Positions 12,994 through 28,282 of a DNA stretch of 64,000 bases are shown piece by piece (the first letter of the stretch is position 1; the number at the start of each line of letters is the position of its first letter). Source of the DNA: Oikopleura dioica (Eukaryota; Animalia; Chordata); NCBI GenBank assembly GCA_907165135.1, contig OU015566.1, positions 11,966,001 through 12,030,000 of the forward strand, read 5' to 3'. A program made the translations under genes and the position numbers. A model generated the notes under the pieces. That model did not search any database. It had not been told where the DNA came from and saw nothing but the letters and a program-made list of their open reading frames with translations.

Positions 12994-13877
12994 ATGTTGA
13001 AGAGGGCTTATCTGAGTCGGGCGGTCCTTTCGCAGCGAGAGGCTTCCTACTCCAAGACCCCTCTCAAGAAGACAGGCGCTTTCGGCGATGTCATCCACAA
13101 CGATGCCATTTTTAAGGGACGAGCGCATCTTCTCGACCAGAAGAAACTTGCTGCGCCTGCTTCTTGGGTATCTTTTATCCAAAAAGATGAGAATCTTGAT
13201 CGTTTCTTAGAAATTGACCGCTGCTGACTTGAAAAACACGAAATCAAAAATTGACGATGAACAGTTCCCAGTTCCAGAACACAGGTAAGCCTTGTTCTAA
13301 AGTCCCCTTGCCATCAAAAATCAAGATACAACTTCCACGCCCGACCTTTCTTCGGCTTCCGGGGTGCCTACGTCGGACAGCGAATTGAGTACGACGAGAT
13401 TCTTCCTCGATGCAAGGGCAAGCTCAGCGGCCTCGAGTGGAAAGGACTCACCGAAGAGGACCGATACACTGCCAGAAACTGGTACATCAGAGCTCGTAAG
13501 TCTTTCTGATTCCTTCTCGTTCTAAAAAATGTCTAGACCAGAAGAACATCCGCGAGTCTAGCCACTACCAATACAAGAACTTCACCCAGGGCGAGCGAGG
13601 AAGCTACATGTTCGTCCTTATCTTCTCCGTCGCCCTCTGGTTGATGGTCAATCAAGGTCTTCCCTGGGAAAACAACCGAATCTGGATGTCTGGCAATCCA
13701 GACAACCAAGCCGAAATCGGAACCAAGCCAAGCTTGATCATGTCAACTCCAGTTCTTGGCGATATTCTTCTCTTTTTCGTCAATGGACAGTTCCTCCGAA
13801 ACGATTGGGGAGCTGATCAGTACAGGAAAGCGTTTCGAAAATCCGCATCTGCGTTTCTGACGCACAGTCAGTCTTAA
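12994..13877 (+). CDS. Probable mitochondrial single-pass inner-membrane protein (weak COX4-like resemblance)
   Basis: Arg/Ser-rich presequence MLKRAYLSRAVLSQR; exons joined by GT-AG introns; FPVPE...WKGLTEEDRY...TM (YMFVLIFSVALWLMV). Confidence 0.5.
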
Positions 13878-13923
13878 TCTCGCGGAAAATGGCCCATCTT
13901 TATTTCATTTTTTCGCTCGGCAG

Positions 13924-14305
13924 ATGCTTCCTAGCTATAGGAAAGTGTGGGATTATTTCTTAGCGTCATTAAAGATATCCTCTCTGGGCTGAGCGAGACG
14001 GCGGAATCGACCCTGTCGCCGACCGAGATCTTCTCAAGAGACGAGATCTCGTCGGAGTCACTCCACTCGGTCTCTGGGAAGTGCGGGAAAACGGAAAAGT
14101 CAAGAGCACGCCTTCCGACTCTTTCCGCTCCGAACACGAGCTCTACGCGGACGGCGCCGAAGGCCCATCCCAAATCGGTCCATACGATGTTTCCACATGG
14201 AAGTCTGGCAAAAAGATTAACTCTGCTCACGAAGGCGTCGGCCACTCTACTCAATCTTACATCTTCTCGACTGGTCAAGGCTGCGCGTACCATTCTAGAG
14301 GATGA
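13924..14305 (+). CDS. Small protein of unknown function (~110 aa)
   Basis: ATG directly after a CAG acceptor; one short intron; open frame YPLWAERDGGIDPVADRDLLKRRDLVG...CAYHSRG*. Confidence 0.45.
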
Positions 14306-14493
14306 GAAAAGAAACATGTTCCTGCTTATTCTGTTCAAATGTAGAAAAAACACGAAAGATCACTACTAAACGTATTTATTTCCAATAGTTCCAGATGGAG
14401 CTACTGAGTCGTTCAAAATAAAATAAAAACATCAAAATTTTCTGCGTTTTTATCAAATTTCTTTGCAAAGAAAAAAAGAGTTACGATTTCAGG

Positions 14494-16662
<2,169 letters not shown>

Positions 16663-16888
16663 AGCATTTATTTCCTTCTGAAAGAAAACTGACCTATCTG
16701 CGCATCAAATTATTGCTCACATTCCTATTCGCATAATTTCTTCTCTACTCTGCACAATTCAAAAAAACCAAAATCACAAAAATACTAATATGAAATTCAG
16801 CTTCATGATTCGCTCCTGTACTAATTAACGCTCTTGATTTACGCATGAATTTTCAAGAATGCAAAGTTGATGGAACCTATAGGAGGAA

Positions 16889-18655
16889 ATGTCGATCTGC
16901 CGCTATATCCCGCATCGTTGCTTGCCCAGGCGCTGTAAGATATTTTTCGTAGCGGCGGTTTGCTTTATCTGCATTCATTGGTACACTATCCAACGACATG
17001 GGCATCATACTGCTTACAAAGTAAAGTCCTTATTTCTTCGACCATTTCTCATTCCTATATTCAGCGACATCGTCAACCAAAACCGACCCTAGATCACGAG
17101 TTTCTCGTCGCACCCAGGCCTAAACGAAATGCTCAGAATTCAAAAGAACAAACTCCTGAAGACTCAAAACTCTCTTCAACTACAAAAAAGTCAACGACGA
17201 CAGAAAAACCAAGGCCTGTTCGCGCAACTTTGAACATCATCAAGAAGGAATTCGCGAAGACGACTGAGAAGCCAACAACTAAAAAGAAAGCCTCTTCTTC
17301 GACAAAGTCAACATCTACGGAGTCCACAACAACAACGACTACTGTCGGCAAGTGCTCTCCAGGAAGACCAGTGATGTTTTTGAAAACTCACAAAACGGGA
17401 TCAACGACTCTGGCGAATATTTTTCTTCGATACGCAGAAAAATATAAGGTACTTTTTACATGAGAACTAGCAGTTTTTAAGCTTTTATGTTTAGCTGCTT
17501 GCAGGATTACCTCCAACGCGAAAGTGGGAGCTTGGCGGTTACCCAGCTCCATTCAAAAAAGCTCTCGTCGACCCTGTTCCAAAGACCCATTACGATGTGC
17601 TCGCTCATCATGCGCGATACTCTGATGAGATTCCTGAAGTCATGCCAGAGGACACTCTTTTCGGTACTCACTTGCTCTGACTTTGAACCTATTTGTCCAT
17701 TAGTTACATCAATTCGTGATCCAGTTGACAACTTCGAGTCTGGTTTCGGATTCTTTCGCGACTACCCTTACCCTCAATGGCTCGGTGATCATCCTCAAAT
17801 TCACGAGTTCCTCGACAATCCGACAAAATACTACGACAAAACGACACCTTGGCATTTTCGCGCAAAAAACTACATGGCCTTCGATCTTGGCCTCGAGTAC
17901 GAAAACGATGACGAAAGTTACATCAAAGAAGCAGTCAAGCTTACTGAGAAACGATTCGGATTGGTGATGATTACCGATCGTTTTGAAGAGTCTGCGATTT
18001 TGCTGAAGCATGAGCTTTGTATGGAAATTGAAGATGTTGCTTATCTTAGGTAAGAAATAGGCGAACAGCGACTACTAACTCTTCGAAAGGCTAAAAGTAC
18101 GCAAAGAATCAGATAGAAAAAGCATGTCTCCTGAATACCAAGACAAAATAAAAAAGTGGAACAAACTGGACACTGCCCTATACGAACATTTCAACGCCCT
18201 TCTTGATAAAAAAGTGAAGGCTTTCGGCAAAGAAAAGATGCAAGCTGAAATTGAAGAGCTCAACCGTACGTTCTACTTTGTAGCCTCAAAAATAACTGTG
18301 CTTTCAGAAAAAGTTGAAGAGCTCAACTCAAAATGCATCGAGAGATATTCTCAATTTGATGCCAAACCCTGGATTTCCCGGATAGTTCTTAAGCCCAAAG
18401 CAGGAGCTATCTGTGAGACCATGGCACGTGGGGAAGTTCTCTTTTCTGATACTCTTCGGTAAGCGACTTTTTGAAGCTCTTTTCTTATCAATTCATAGAA
18501 CTGCTCAAAAGAAAGGAGTGGCGACGAAGAAAAAGATCAAAGTGATCCAGCCAATGATGGAAGAGCTCTTAGAACTCTTGCGCAAAGAGCAGGTCAAAAT
18601 CCTCGGAAAAGATGCAGTTTCTTTCTCTTCCGGAAACGCTGGCTCCCGTCAGTAA
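16889..18655 (+). CDS. GAL3ST: Galactose-3-O-sulfotransferase (type II Golgi protein with Thr/Ser/Lys-rich stem)
   Basis: N-terminal TM; 5'-PAPS motif MFLKTHKTGSTT; 3'-PAPS motif TSIRDP..FES; KNYMAFDLG; LVMITDRFEES. Confidence 0.9.
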
Positions 18656-18953
18656 AACAAACTTTCTGTTAATATTTTTGAAGCAACAGTTTGACCAATT
18701 TTTGTGTGGCGCGAAGATGGGCAAATGTTGTATTGTGTTTTCTGTACTTATTTAGAATTTTATATCAATTAGCATATTTTATCTGAAGCATCTGAAATTT
18801 ATCCAAAGAGCTTCCTCGCAATCAATCCGACTTCTACATTTTCTGTAAAACTCCATTTTTACTTCCAAGTTATCTATTACCTGCATGACCATTTTCCCTT
18901 GCCTAATACAGATAAAGACTCCTGAAAATCTAATTTATCTTCTCACAGAAAAT

Positions 18954-20133
18954 ATGCCTGTCACATCTGCTCTCGCTGCCAGACTCGCAAAAAGAGGAAT
19001 AAAGATAAACAAAGAAGGTCCTAAAGAAGAGATCTTCGCAGAAAGCAGATCTGAGCCTAAAGAAGAAACAGTAATTGATGAATTCGGGTAAATTTCTTTG
19101 TTTACGATTTCTTTGTCGAACGAATTTTTAGAGAAAAACTACCATCAGAGTGGGACAAAGCTTGGGATAGTAATTACGAGTGCTGGTATTATTGGAATAA
19201 AAATTCGAGAAAAGTAGCCTGGTTGCCGCCTGGAGATCCTGAATGCGAAATCGTTGAGCCTGCAAAAAGTTTTAATGCAATTCCTCACAAATATGAATCT
19301 AGCAGGTATTGAATACATCACATTTATTCTTAATGGGGGAGAGTTGTGAGAAAAAAATTATGCTCATCCATTTTATGCAGTTGCTATATCATCAAACTCA
19401 TCTTTCTAAGGCTTCTATCTGTCAGAGATCGCCATTTTAATACATTTTTTAAAGAAGCCCTTCCTATACAATCGACAGTATCGACATTCGAGCACAATTT
19501 ATGAAAGAGCTCGTCGAGCCATTCTCCCATCGGATTCATCTTCTGTTCTCTTGAAAAAAAACCTCCAAGAAGAATGAATCCGTTCCGAAAAATCTCATTC
19601 CTAAATTTTCTTCTCTCGAGAGCCCAAGCGACAGTTTTTTCTTTCCTCTTGCTATTTGCTTTGTGAGTACATTTATTTAACAAAGAACGCTCAAGTTTTT
19701 ACGCAGTGAGCACAAACAAAATGCTTGTATGAATGAGTCTGCCCCGATCACTGTAGTTGAAAGTTTATTGGTGAAATCATGATGTCTTTGAAAGTTGTAT
19801 TAGTCGAGACCGCGATACGCGAAGACGAGATGATCGAGACGACCGGAACCGCGATCGAGATCGCGACCGAGACGATCGAAAACGACGCCCCGACCGAGAT
19901 CGAACTGACAGAGGGCGAAGTCACCGAGACGATGATCGAAAAAAGAAGCGTCGCGAGGAAGAGGACGACTTCAACGATCCAATGGATCCATCCGCTTACT
20001 CTGACGCGCCAAAAGGTAAGGTTTCTTTGGAAATCAACTCGCTCAAGTCCATTTTTTAGGGAATTGGAATCGAGGAATCCCTCGCCCAGGAGAATCAGTC
20101 AGTACTGCCGGTGTTCCTCAGGTCGAACTTTAG
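18954..20133 (+). CDS. PQBP1: Polyglutamine-binding protein 1 (WW domain, DR repeats)
   Basis: MPVTSALAARLAKRGI; WW exon LPSEWDKAWD...YYWN...VAWLPP; RD-rich repeats; DPMDPSAYSDAPKGNW; TAG at 20131-20133 then AATAAA at 20175. Confidence 0.88.
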
Positions 20134-20353
20134 CAACTTTTTTCATATCTGTCAATAATCCTGCCTTTCTGTCAAATAAAACTTGTCAAATACAATTTGT
20201 TTTCACCTGACCGAAATTGGAAAAGACCAAGGATATTATAGCTGCAATGCCCATCTTTTCTTGGCACCGTCGTTCTTGATTAGTTGGCTATATTTTTCTT
20301 ATAAAATTTAACTTTCTTATCAAAATATTCTTTCCTAGATTGTTAAAAGAGAG

Positions 20354-21045
20354 ATGTCAGAAGGCGAACGTTCAAGCACTGACTTGAGTGAAGAGATAGA
20401 AGAGCTTCAGTTTGCAACTTATGAAGAATGGTACGACGATCACGAGATCGAGAGAAATGACGTGAAAGAAATGATAGGACTGTTTACCGAGAGAAATCCG
20501 AATAACCTTGACAGGCGATCTTGGATGAAAGCCTTCGAAAGTATGTCAATTTCTTTCAATCAAAACTATCTATGATTAAGGAAAAGACAAGAGCATCGAT
20601 TACTACAAAACGAAAACGCATTCTGACGAGCAAGTGAAATATGTTCTTCGGCATATTCAAATGAATCCGACGATCACCCGATTCAATGTCAAACATGAAG
20701 CCTACAACTGTATTATCACAGGTAAGATAGACTCGTGTTTCTTTTTTGATGATGTTTTTAGGTGCAGGCGGCTATGAAATCGACATCCGAACCAATTACC
20801 CGCTTCTACCCACTGTCTGGACTTTTGAGATGCAACGGCCGGACAAGAAACCCTTCACTTTCACAGCCACAATCACGATCTACGAAAACGAGGACATTCA
20901 CGACTTTGAGGTGAAAACCTACAAATCGACTCCAATGTATGAAAGAAACGGCATCGTTCAAACTGCATCTCACTCATCGTGGAACGGAGGCGCAGTTGGA
21001 CGATGGGATATTGAGCTTCACCTACCCGAGTGTCAATCCGAATGA
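20354..21045 (+). CDS. Orphan family paralogue 1 (3 exons)
   Basis: Shares HxxxxxKxxxxxxxxNxxxTRFNVKxEA, NYPxLPTxWT and SHSSxxGGxVGRWD, and intron positions, with the two downstream genes. Confidence 0.7.
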
Positions 21046-21281
21046 TTTTTGAAATAATATATTATCACCTGAGCGCCTTCACTTATTATCTGCCATTCAT
21101 CAAGTTCGCTTATCACAGAAATATAAACACTGACAGTTGATTGTATCCCCTAAAGAATATCAGCAGTCGAACATAAGACGTTGATTTTTCGCGAGTTTTA
21201 TTTGCATAATGCAGCATGCGCTTCTATAATTTCGTTTTTTAAGAAGAGTTACGTGTTGGAAGCAGAATTTCAAGTAGAAAG

Positions 21282-22421
21282 ATGTACATACGCGATAACA
21301 GATATAACAATGATGAGCATAATCTCATGAGCAAGGCAGATCGGCATTTCGCTAGAGCAAAGAATCCTGGCAAACGGAAGTATGATAAAGAAGACGAGAA
21401 GAGAAGTGAAGATATCCTCAATTCCCCTATTTTTACAACCCCTCGAGTCCGTGATCCGCATGATTCTACCGCCCAGAGTACTGGGCCCCAGACTTTCATG
21501 AAAAATGATGCTCAAGAGGTTCCAACATTGGTGTATGCTAACCGTTTACCGACCCAAATTGTCGTAATTGAACACAACCTTCTCATGGAAAAGAAGGACC
21601 CGATCCATAACTGGATCACAGAACTTCCTCGCCTGAAACACTTGATTAATGAAGGAAAATTTCACGTCGAGGACAATTATCATTACTTTCATGCTACTGA
21701 TGAATGTCCACCATTGAAACTCAAGTCATCTTTATTGAAAGATCATCTTGGTAGCGAAGAGAAGATTAACAGATTTCCAGAAAGTTGTATGCTCAAAAAG
21801 CGAGGGAACCAAGCTGCCGTTCATCGAAGACGAAAACATTATTTCGGAGATATGATAGGCTGGTATATTGATAAACATCCAAATAACTTCGATAGCAGAT
21901 ATTGGAAGATTCAAGTCAAACGTAAGGGGTCCCCGGATGATTCTTAAATGAACTTAACTTTTAGAATTTCATGATATAGAAAGGTGCTATCTTTATGGAA
22001 AAAAGAGCCACCCAGAAGATCATTTGAAGTTTCTCATGGAGTATATGAGCTGGAACCAAAAAGTCACCAGATTTAATGTGAAAGTGGAAGCTTTTACTAC
22101 CCTTGTTGCAGGTAATCATGATAGTTATTCTCTGGAATCATGTAAAATTCAGACTCAGACGTCTACAAAATCGAAATGCATTCGAACTATCCTTGGTTAC
22201 CAACAAAATGGACCTTGAAAATGCAACGAAAAGATCGAAGACCCATCAGACTCGAAGCTCATTGTACAATTTACGACAGTAACGATTTGCGTGACTTTGA
22301 ACGAAGCCCACTTTGCAGGTCGAAAACGATCTACGAAAACGGTGCATTTATTCAACAAGTCTCTCATTCATCTATGTGTGGAGGAGTTGTTGGTCGATGG
22401 GATGTGCAGATCGTTTTCTAG
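21282..22421 (+). CDS. Orphan family paralogue 2 (3 exons)
   Basis: 221-aa first exon; then HPEDHLKFLMEYMSWNQKVTRFNVKVEAF and NYPWLPTKW...SHSSMCGGVVGRWDVQIVF. Confidence 0.7.
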
Positions 22422-22829
22422 CTACGTTAGTTTATCACCTGCCAATCACTGATCATTTTGCTCAATACAGTATTGACAATACTAGTTCTGAAATAAAGAT
22501 AGACACATTGATCAAATGAAGTGGTGCCATTACAGGGAGAGCAAACTTTACTTAGAAAAGATAATGAACCAGAAACAAAACAAAACCAGCTCGAACTCAT
22601 CTCAATCATTTTAGAGAAGCGTTGCCTCGGTTGCTGGAGTCTACGAAAGACGTGATATGTATTCAGATGAATATGATTTTTATTTGGAAAACGACGATAA
22701 GGTATAAACGACACATTCCGCCTTGCTTTTCATAATCTTTATTTCCAGGAAAATATTCCAAATAATTCTACTATTTCCGCCAAATTTGTTCCGCGTTCTC
22801 AATCCCGAATATCTTCCAAAGCAAGCCAT

Positions 22830-23872
22830 CGATATGACTCGCAGCACCTCCGTGAAATTAGTGGAGGATCAAACATCGTACGTGTCGATCCACCATCATG
22901 GGATAGCGCTGTTGCCGACTCTCGGTCTTATGCAACGGTTCTTCAAAGTGCCGAAGAAACATGGAATTTAAGCCTCGAAGATAGTCACTCTTCACTTCAA
23001 AGTGTTTCTCTAAGAGGAACAAACAAAAATCGAAAAATGGTTATTCTTGAGCTCAATCTCGACATACAAAACGAAGAAGACTGGGACTTTTACATCGGAC
23101 ATCCATCCCGGCTGAAAGCTCTGATGAATCGAGAAATGTTTTATAACAATGGGGACTATTTATTCTTTCATGGCACAGCAGAGTTCCCGCCACTAAAAGT
23201 TAAGACCTTACTTTTATATGAACGTGTGTGTCCTCGAAGCCTGAGAAGACAACGAGGAAACTCGGCGGCGATTCATCGTCGAAGAAAAAGATATTTTCAC
23301 GATATGCTTGGCTGGTTTACAGATCGTTTTGAAGATAATTTAGATAGAAGATATTGGAAAATTCAATGCAAACGTACGAACTTTTTGAATAAAATATGTT
23401 TAGCGTCTATTTTAGATCCAAATCCTGCTATAGCAACACAAATGTATAATCGGAAAAGCCACCCAGACGATCATGTAAAATTTCTTCTTGATTACTTGAG
23501 CTGGAATCGACGCGTTACAAGATTTAATGTGAAAGTGGAAGCGTTTACGTCTTTAGCAGCGGGTTTTAAATATTCTATTAATTTGAACTCAACAAGGATT
23601 TAGAGTCTGATATCTACAAGATCGATATCCACTCAAATTATCCAAGACTTCCGACTATATGGACTTTGAGAATGGAACGAAAAGATGGAAAACCATTCGA
23701 ACTTGAAGCCCAATGTACAATTTACGACCCAGAGGACATCCGAGACTTCGAACTCAGTTCACTATACGATTCAAAAACAATTCACGAAGAAGGTGCCGTT
23801 ATCCAACAAGTTTCTCACTCATCGTGGTGCGGAGGAGATGTTGGTCGCTGGGACGTTCAAATCTTTCTCTAA
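22830..23872 (+). CDS. Orphan family paralogue 3 (5' end uncertain)
   Basis: FFHGTAEFPPLK...GNSAAIHRRRKRYF; HPDDHVKFLLDYLSWNRRVTRFNVKVEAF; SHSSWCGGDVGRWDVQIFL. Confidence 0.7.
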
Positions 23873-24202
23873 CCTTTTTTCTTATCACACAGTTCTCACC
23901 TCTGCAAAATTGCCACAATAAAACAAAAATTCACTTCACACTTAAACTTTTCAAGTATCGGCTGTTGCAACTTCAAAGAGCCGAGACAATGACCTGCAAT
24001 TTTGCGAAACTCAAGCCTTATTTTCAAATCAATATCTCAGCAAGCCTTCGTTTCCCTCAATTCAAGAGCAAGGCACTGTGAAAACAAGTAATTCCCACAT
24101 TGGTCCCCTGCGGGCGAGCGCACTGTGCTCCGCTGATGACCGAAAATGCCAAAAGGAACCTTAAAACATTTCTGATGCACCTGTCTTAATTCTTCATTTT
24201 TC

Positions 24203-27200
24203 ATGATTCCTTTACTTGTTTTAATTGTTAAACTATGCTGGGCGCAAATGCAAATGGGCCCAAGCGGCGCAGAGGTTTTGGCGAACATGGGGATTAACGT
24301 TAATGGAGAGAATAATCAAAATGGTGTTGAAGAGATTACTGAAGAAAAATTTAATCAAACAGAATACTTGAAAAATCTACAATTGAATCCTCCGGAAGAT
24401 TTGAAAGCGCTGCCACTGGATCCGCAATCTATCGAAGTGACATGGAAGATTCCAACTAATCTAAGAAGAGATAAGTTGAGGTTCCAGATACTTCTTAAAT
24501 ATTTCAATGCTAGGAATGTGTGAGAAAAGCCAGACATTTATTAACCAAACCAAAAGTTAACCTAACTTGTTTTCATCCACAATAAAAGACAATCAGAATC
24601 ACTTGCTACGACACTAACAATCAACCAGCTTTTTCTGGCTGAAGATGACACAAAACCAACGATCGACGATCTTGTCGGCGGAAAGTTTATTCTGAAAAAT
24701 CTAACAAGAAACATCGAGTATCGAATATCTCTTCAAACAATGATCAACTACATGGTTAATGACACCGATAAGCCAGGCCTCATGAAGCCAGTTGAGAAGG
24801 TTTCCTATCCATCCAATTGGGTCGTTGTCGACACAGCTGCAAAGATCTTCACTGGGTTGTTCAACTTCACTCAGATACCATGGGACGATGTTTACCTCGA
24901 TCCCGGAAACGACAAAACGCAAGAGAAAGCTGAGGAGGTCAAAACAATTGTCAAACGAACTGTCGAAGAAATCTCGCAAGAGTTCCTTTCATCGGGCAAT
25001 GTTCACTTCTCTCAAAGCCCAAAAAATAGGACATTTGCGAGAGTAGACATGTTTTTCAAACTCGACGCATCAGCTAAAGTAAACGATCTCAACTCTAGGA
25101 TTCGGCATGTCTGGCCTACGGGAGAAAATCGAGGACTTGATTTCTTCTCAATTGAAATATCCGACTTCGATGAATGTGGGACCGTCTGGGACGACTGTAA
25201 TAGAGATGCGAAGTGCACAAACATGGAAGGCGCCTTTCGCTGTGAATGCTTACCTGGATATTATGATCAAAGTCGTATTTTATTCTTGCCGATGGGTAGG
25301 GTTTGTAAACATACATCCGTCGACGAGTTAATAACGAAGCCGACGGAAAAGCCTTTGGATCCAAATGCTCGGGATGCGTTCATTAATGAACAGTTCTCCT
25401 CGCAGCATGACAGAAATTCACCTGCAGTAGATTTCGCTTCTCGACTTGGACTCGCGAATCTCGGACCACCTGGGCTCCCAAGTGGAAGTTATGACATTTT
25501 GCCGAATACGATGAAACCGGGAAAATGGACAGATGGAATTGACTGGCCTGGTCCGCTAGGTGTTCGAACAAGAACAACTGGACCTACAAGCTTGTTCATC
25601 AACTGGCAAATGATTGACCACGATACGTATGGAAACCGATTCTTTTATGTTCTTGCTTACCATGACGTTGGCGCTACTGAAGTGAAATGGAACGAGTGGC
25701 TTCTTGGATCTAAAGTTGACAAAGTCGAAGTCGATGGTTTAACGCAGAATCGACAGTACAATATCAAGGTTGGCGTAAGAAAAATGGATATCGCACATGG
25801 TGAAAATACAACTACCGCGTGGTCCGACCCTGCTGTTGGAGAGACATTCATCGCCAGTTACAACGCTAGAACTATTTTAGCAAAGACAAAATGGGATAGC
25901 TGTTACAAAAACAAATTCTCTGGAGCGCACCTTAAATTAGTTTCACAGCTGCAGTCTAACTCAAAACTGCTCTTTTCTTCGCCAGCAATGAATTATGGCG
26001 GTAAAGATCTGCGGTCAAAGTTCCTCAAGTCTGATGATTTCCGTTTCGAGTCTTCAGAACTCAAAAACGTTGTGGTCTTCTGGCGCCTCTATTTCAAACC
26101 TTTGGATAAATCATGGGAAGCTCCAGCTCTTGAACAGTTACTGAAAGACATGCTCTCTGGCGTTATTATCTCGAAGTACAACTTGAGAAATGTGCCGAAG
26201 TTCGAAGATGGAAATCTTTTAGCTAGGAACTCGAAGTATATGCGAATTTTTGACATTGACGAGTGCGCTACAGATCAACATGATTGTGACATGAACGCTA
26301 GATGCATTAATTCACCAGGAGATTTCAAATGTGTCTGCAAATCAAATTTCGATGACGTCTCAGCTCCATACCCACCAGGTCGTTATTGCAAAATCAACCC
26401 TGACAAGCCAGTTATTGATTACGATGATTACATCGATACCGCCGTCGACACATCCATGCCTGAAGGTTCCAAGGCTGCAGAACTTCTCGCTGGTCAACGA
26501 CCAAAGAATGAGCACAACTATAATCATGGAGTCTGGCTACGTAAATACTCAATGTGCACTCCACTTAACCCGCGAATGACCCAACCCGCTGTTTACGTGA
26601 AATCAGGGAGCTCAGAAAAATGTGAACCCGTTTTCATTTATAAATCGTCTGCAACCCTTGCTCTATCAGACGTTCAGAAAAGGTCATATAAACCAAGGGA
26701 TGTTTACGACAGGGAGTCATTTACTTATAAGAACTTGACGCTGAAAATGGATCATCAAATCAATGAACTATTAAACTTCGAGCTCGGAAGTGAATTCATC
26801 AAGTCCTCTGTTCTCGGGCTTAGATTGTCTGACAGACGAGAGATGGCCATCGAAGTAGATTTTCTCGTCTTCTTGCAACGCCGCGAAGCAAACAGTACCG
26901 CTGCATACAAGCAATACAACCCAAATCAGCTTCAGCGGTCTTTATGGGAGATTTTCTCCGAGTATAGACCTGGAAATGGCGACTTTCAATTCCAATTCGA
27001 CAAGACTGACACTACTGTAACCGATCTCAATGAGTGCCTGACAAAAATGCACGACTGTGACAAGCAAGCTGACTGTATAAATACCGAAGGAGGATTTGAA
27101 TGCTCCTGCAAGCCTGGATTCAAAGATAGCTCTAGAAAAGGTGAAGGACGAAAGTGCCAAGATCAGTGTAGGCCAAGCCCTTGCAAAAACAGCCAGCAGT

Positions 27201-28220
27201 GTCTGAAAACGAATCTGGTCGGAATGCCTGTTTGCAAATGCAAAAGCCCGTATAGAGGAGAGTTCTGTGAAATCGTCGATCCACTTAGAAAATTGCCAAG
27301 TTTTGGTACGAAGTCTCCCACTGCTGCACTTGTGCTCATAGTTGTTGTTGGGCTCATCATTATCCTTGCTATTCCACTACTTTCGATGATCTGCTGCTTT
27401 TTCTGTCCTGTGAAAACAAAGTACTCAAGAATGCTTGAAGACAGGATAAAGAAGAACCACCAGTTTTCCGAGAGACAAAAATTTCGACGAGAAGAAGAGG
27501 AAAAACGTCTTGATGAGATTTATAAGCAGCGGCAAATCAAGGAAGAATTTTTCAACGCCAAAAACAGTGAGGAAGAGAAAATTGATCTAAAAAATCTTGG
27601 ATTCAAGTCGGTGGCGGATTTTGACCCAAAACACATTTCATCAAGGTTTTTTTCTTTTAAATTTTTCTTTTCGCCAACCTTTTTAGGCCCGAAAATCTTC
27701 TAGCGACAAGTCAACGTATGATGGAAAGTACCTCAATCATGGAAGTTAAAAACCAAGAAGATGATGAGGTCAGTGAGACGGGGCCTGTCATTACCCAAGT
27801 CGGGTTCAAACCTCTTGTTAATTCGACAGGAGATATAAAAGATGAAGAATCTAAGACCGAGAAGAATTCCGAGGGAATAGGAACGGTTTAAAATAAGTCA
27901 ATTTTTATCAAATAGTTTCATATGGGCTATATGTAACTAAAAATAACCGAATAAAAGGATCTTTGATGGCTGACATTCTAGCGATCGGAGCCAAGAAAGT
28001 CAACGAAGACGAAAAAGGTCTCGTTGAAGAAGAAAACGTTCAGGAGTCTAATGCTGTCGATGAAACAGAAGCGCTAGAAACTTATGCCGAGACAACTGTG
28101 AACTCTCATGGAAACATGAAAACGGAAACTCATGATGATTCTTCATCGACTGATTCTGTAACGACAGATAGTATCACATCGTATTCTGGTACTGAAACAA
28201 TCACTGAATCACGACAATAA
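24203..28220 (+). CDS. Type I membrane glycoprotein with FN3, SEA-like and calcium-binding EGF domains (UMODL1/mucin-like)
   Basis: Signal peptide MIPLLVLIVKLCWA; FN3 motifs (PPEDL...IEVTW; GPLGV...SLFINW...GLTQNRQYNIKV); three cbEGF (DFDEC, DIDEC, DLNEC) plus one EGF; TM ALVLIVVVGLIIILAIPLL. The last exon (27985-28220) link is uncertain. Confidence 0.85.
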
Positions 28221-28282
28221 ATTATTGTAAATAACTTTATTTAATTATTTCTTTCAATGTCAAAAATAACAATTCTTATAGT

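Noticed and set aside
13941-13974. Possible 34-bp GA-AG intron in the small ORF
   Set aside because: Ambiguous with a 28-bp GT-AG alternative; cannot be decided without reads.
19384-19683. Antisense ORF inside the PQBP1 intron (nested gene?)
   Set aside because: Short, non-ATG start, no recognisable motif.
24514-24588. Possible GA-AG intron in the FN3/SEA/EGF gene
   Set aside because: A canonical GTGAGA donor at 24520 gives the same phase, so no non-canonical call is needed.
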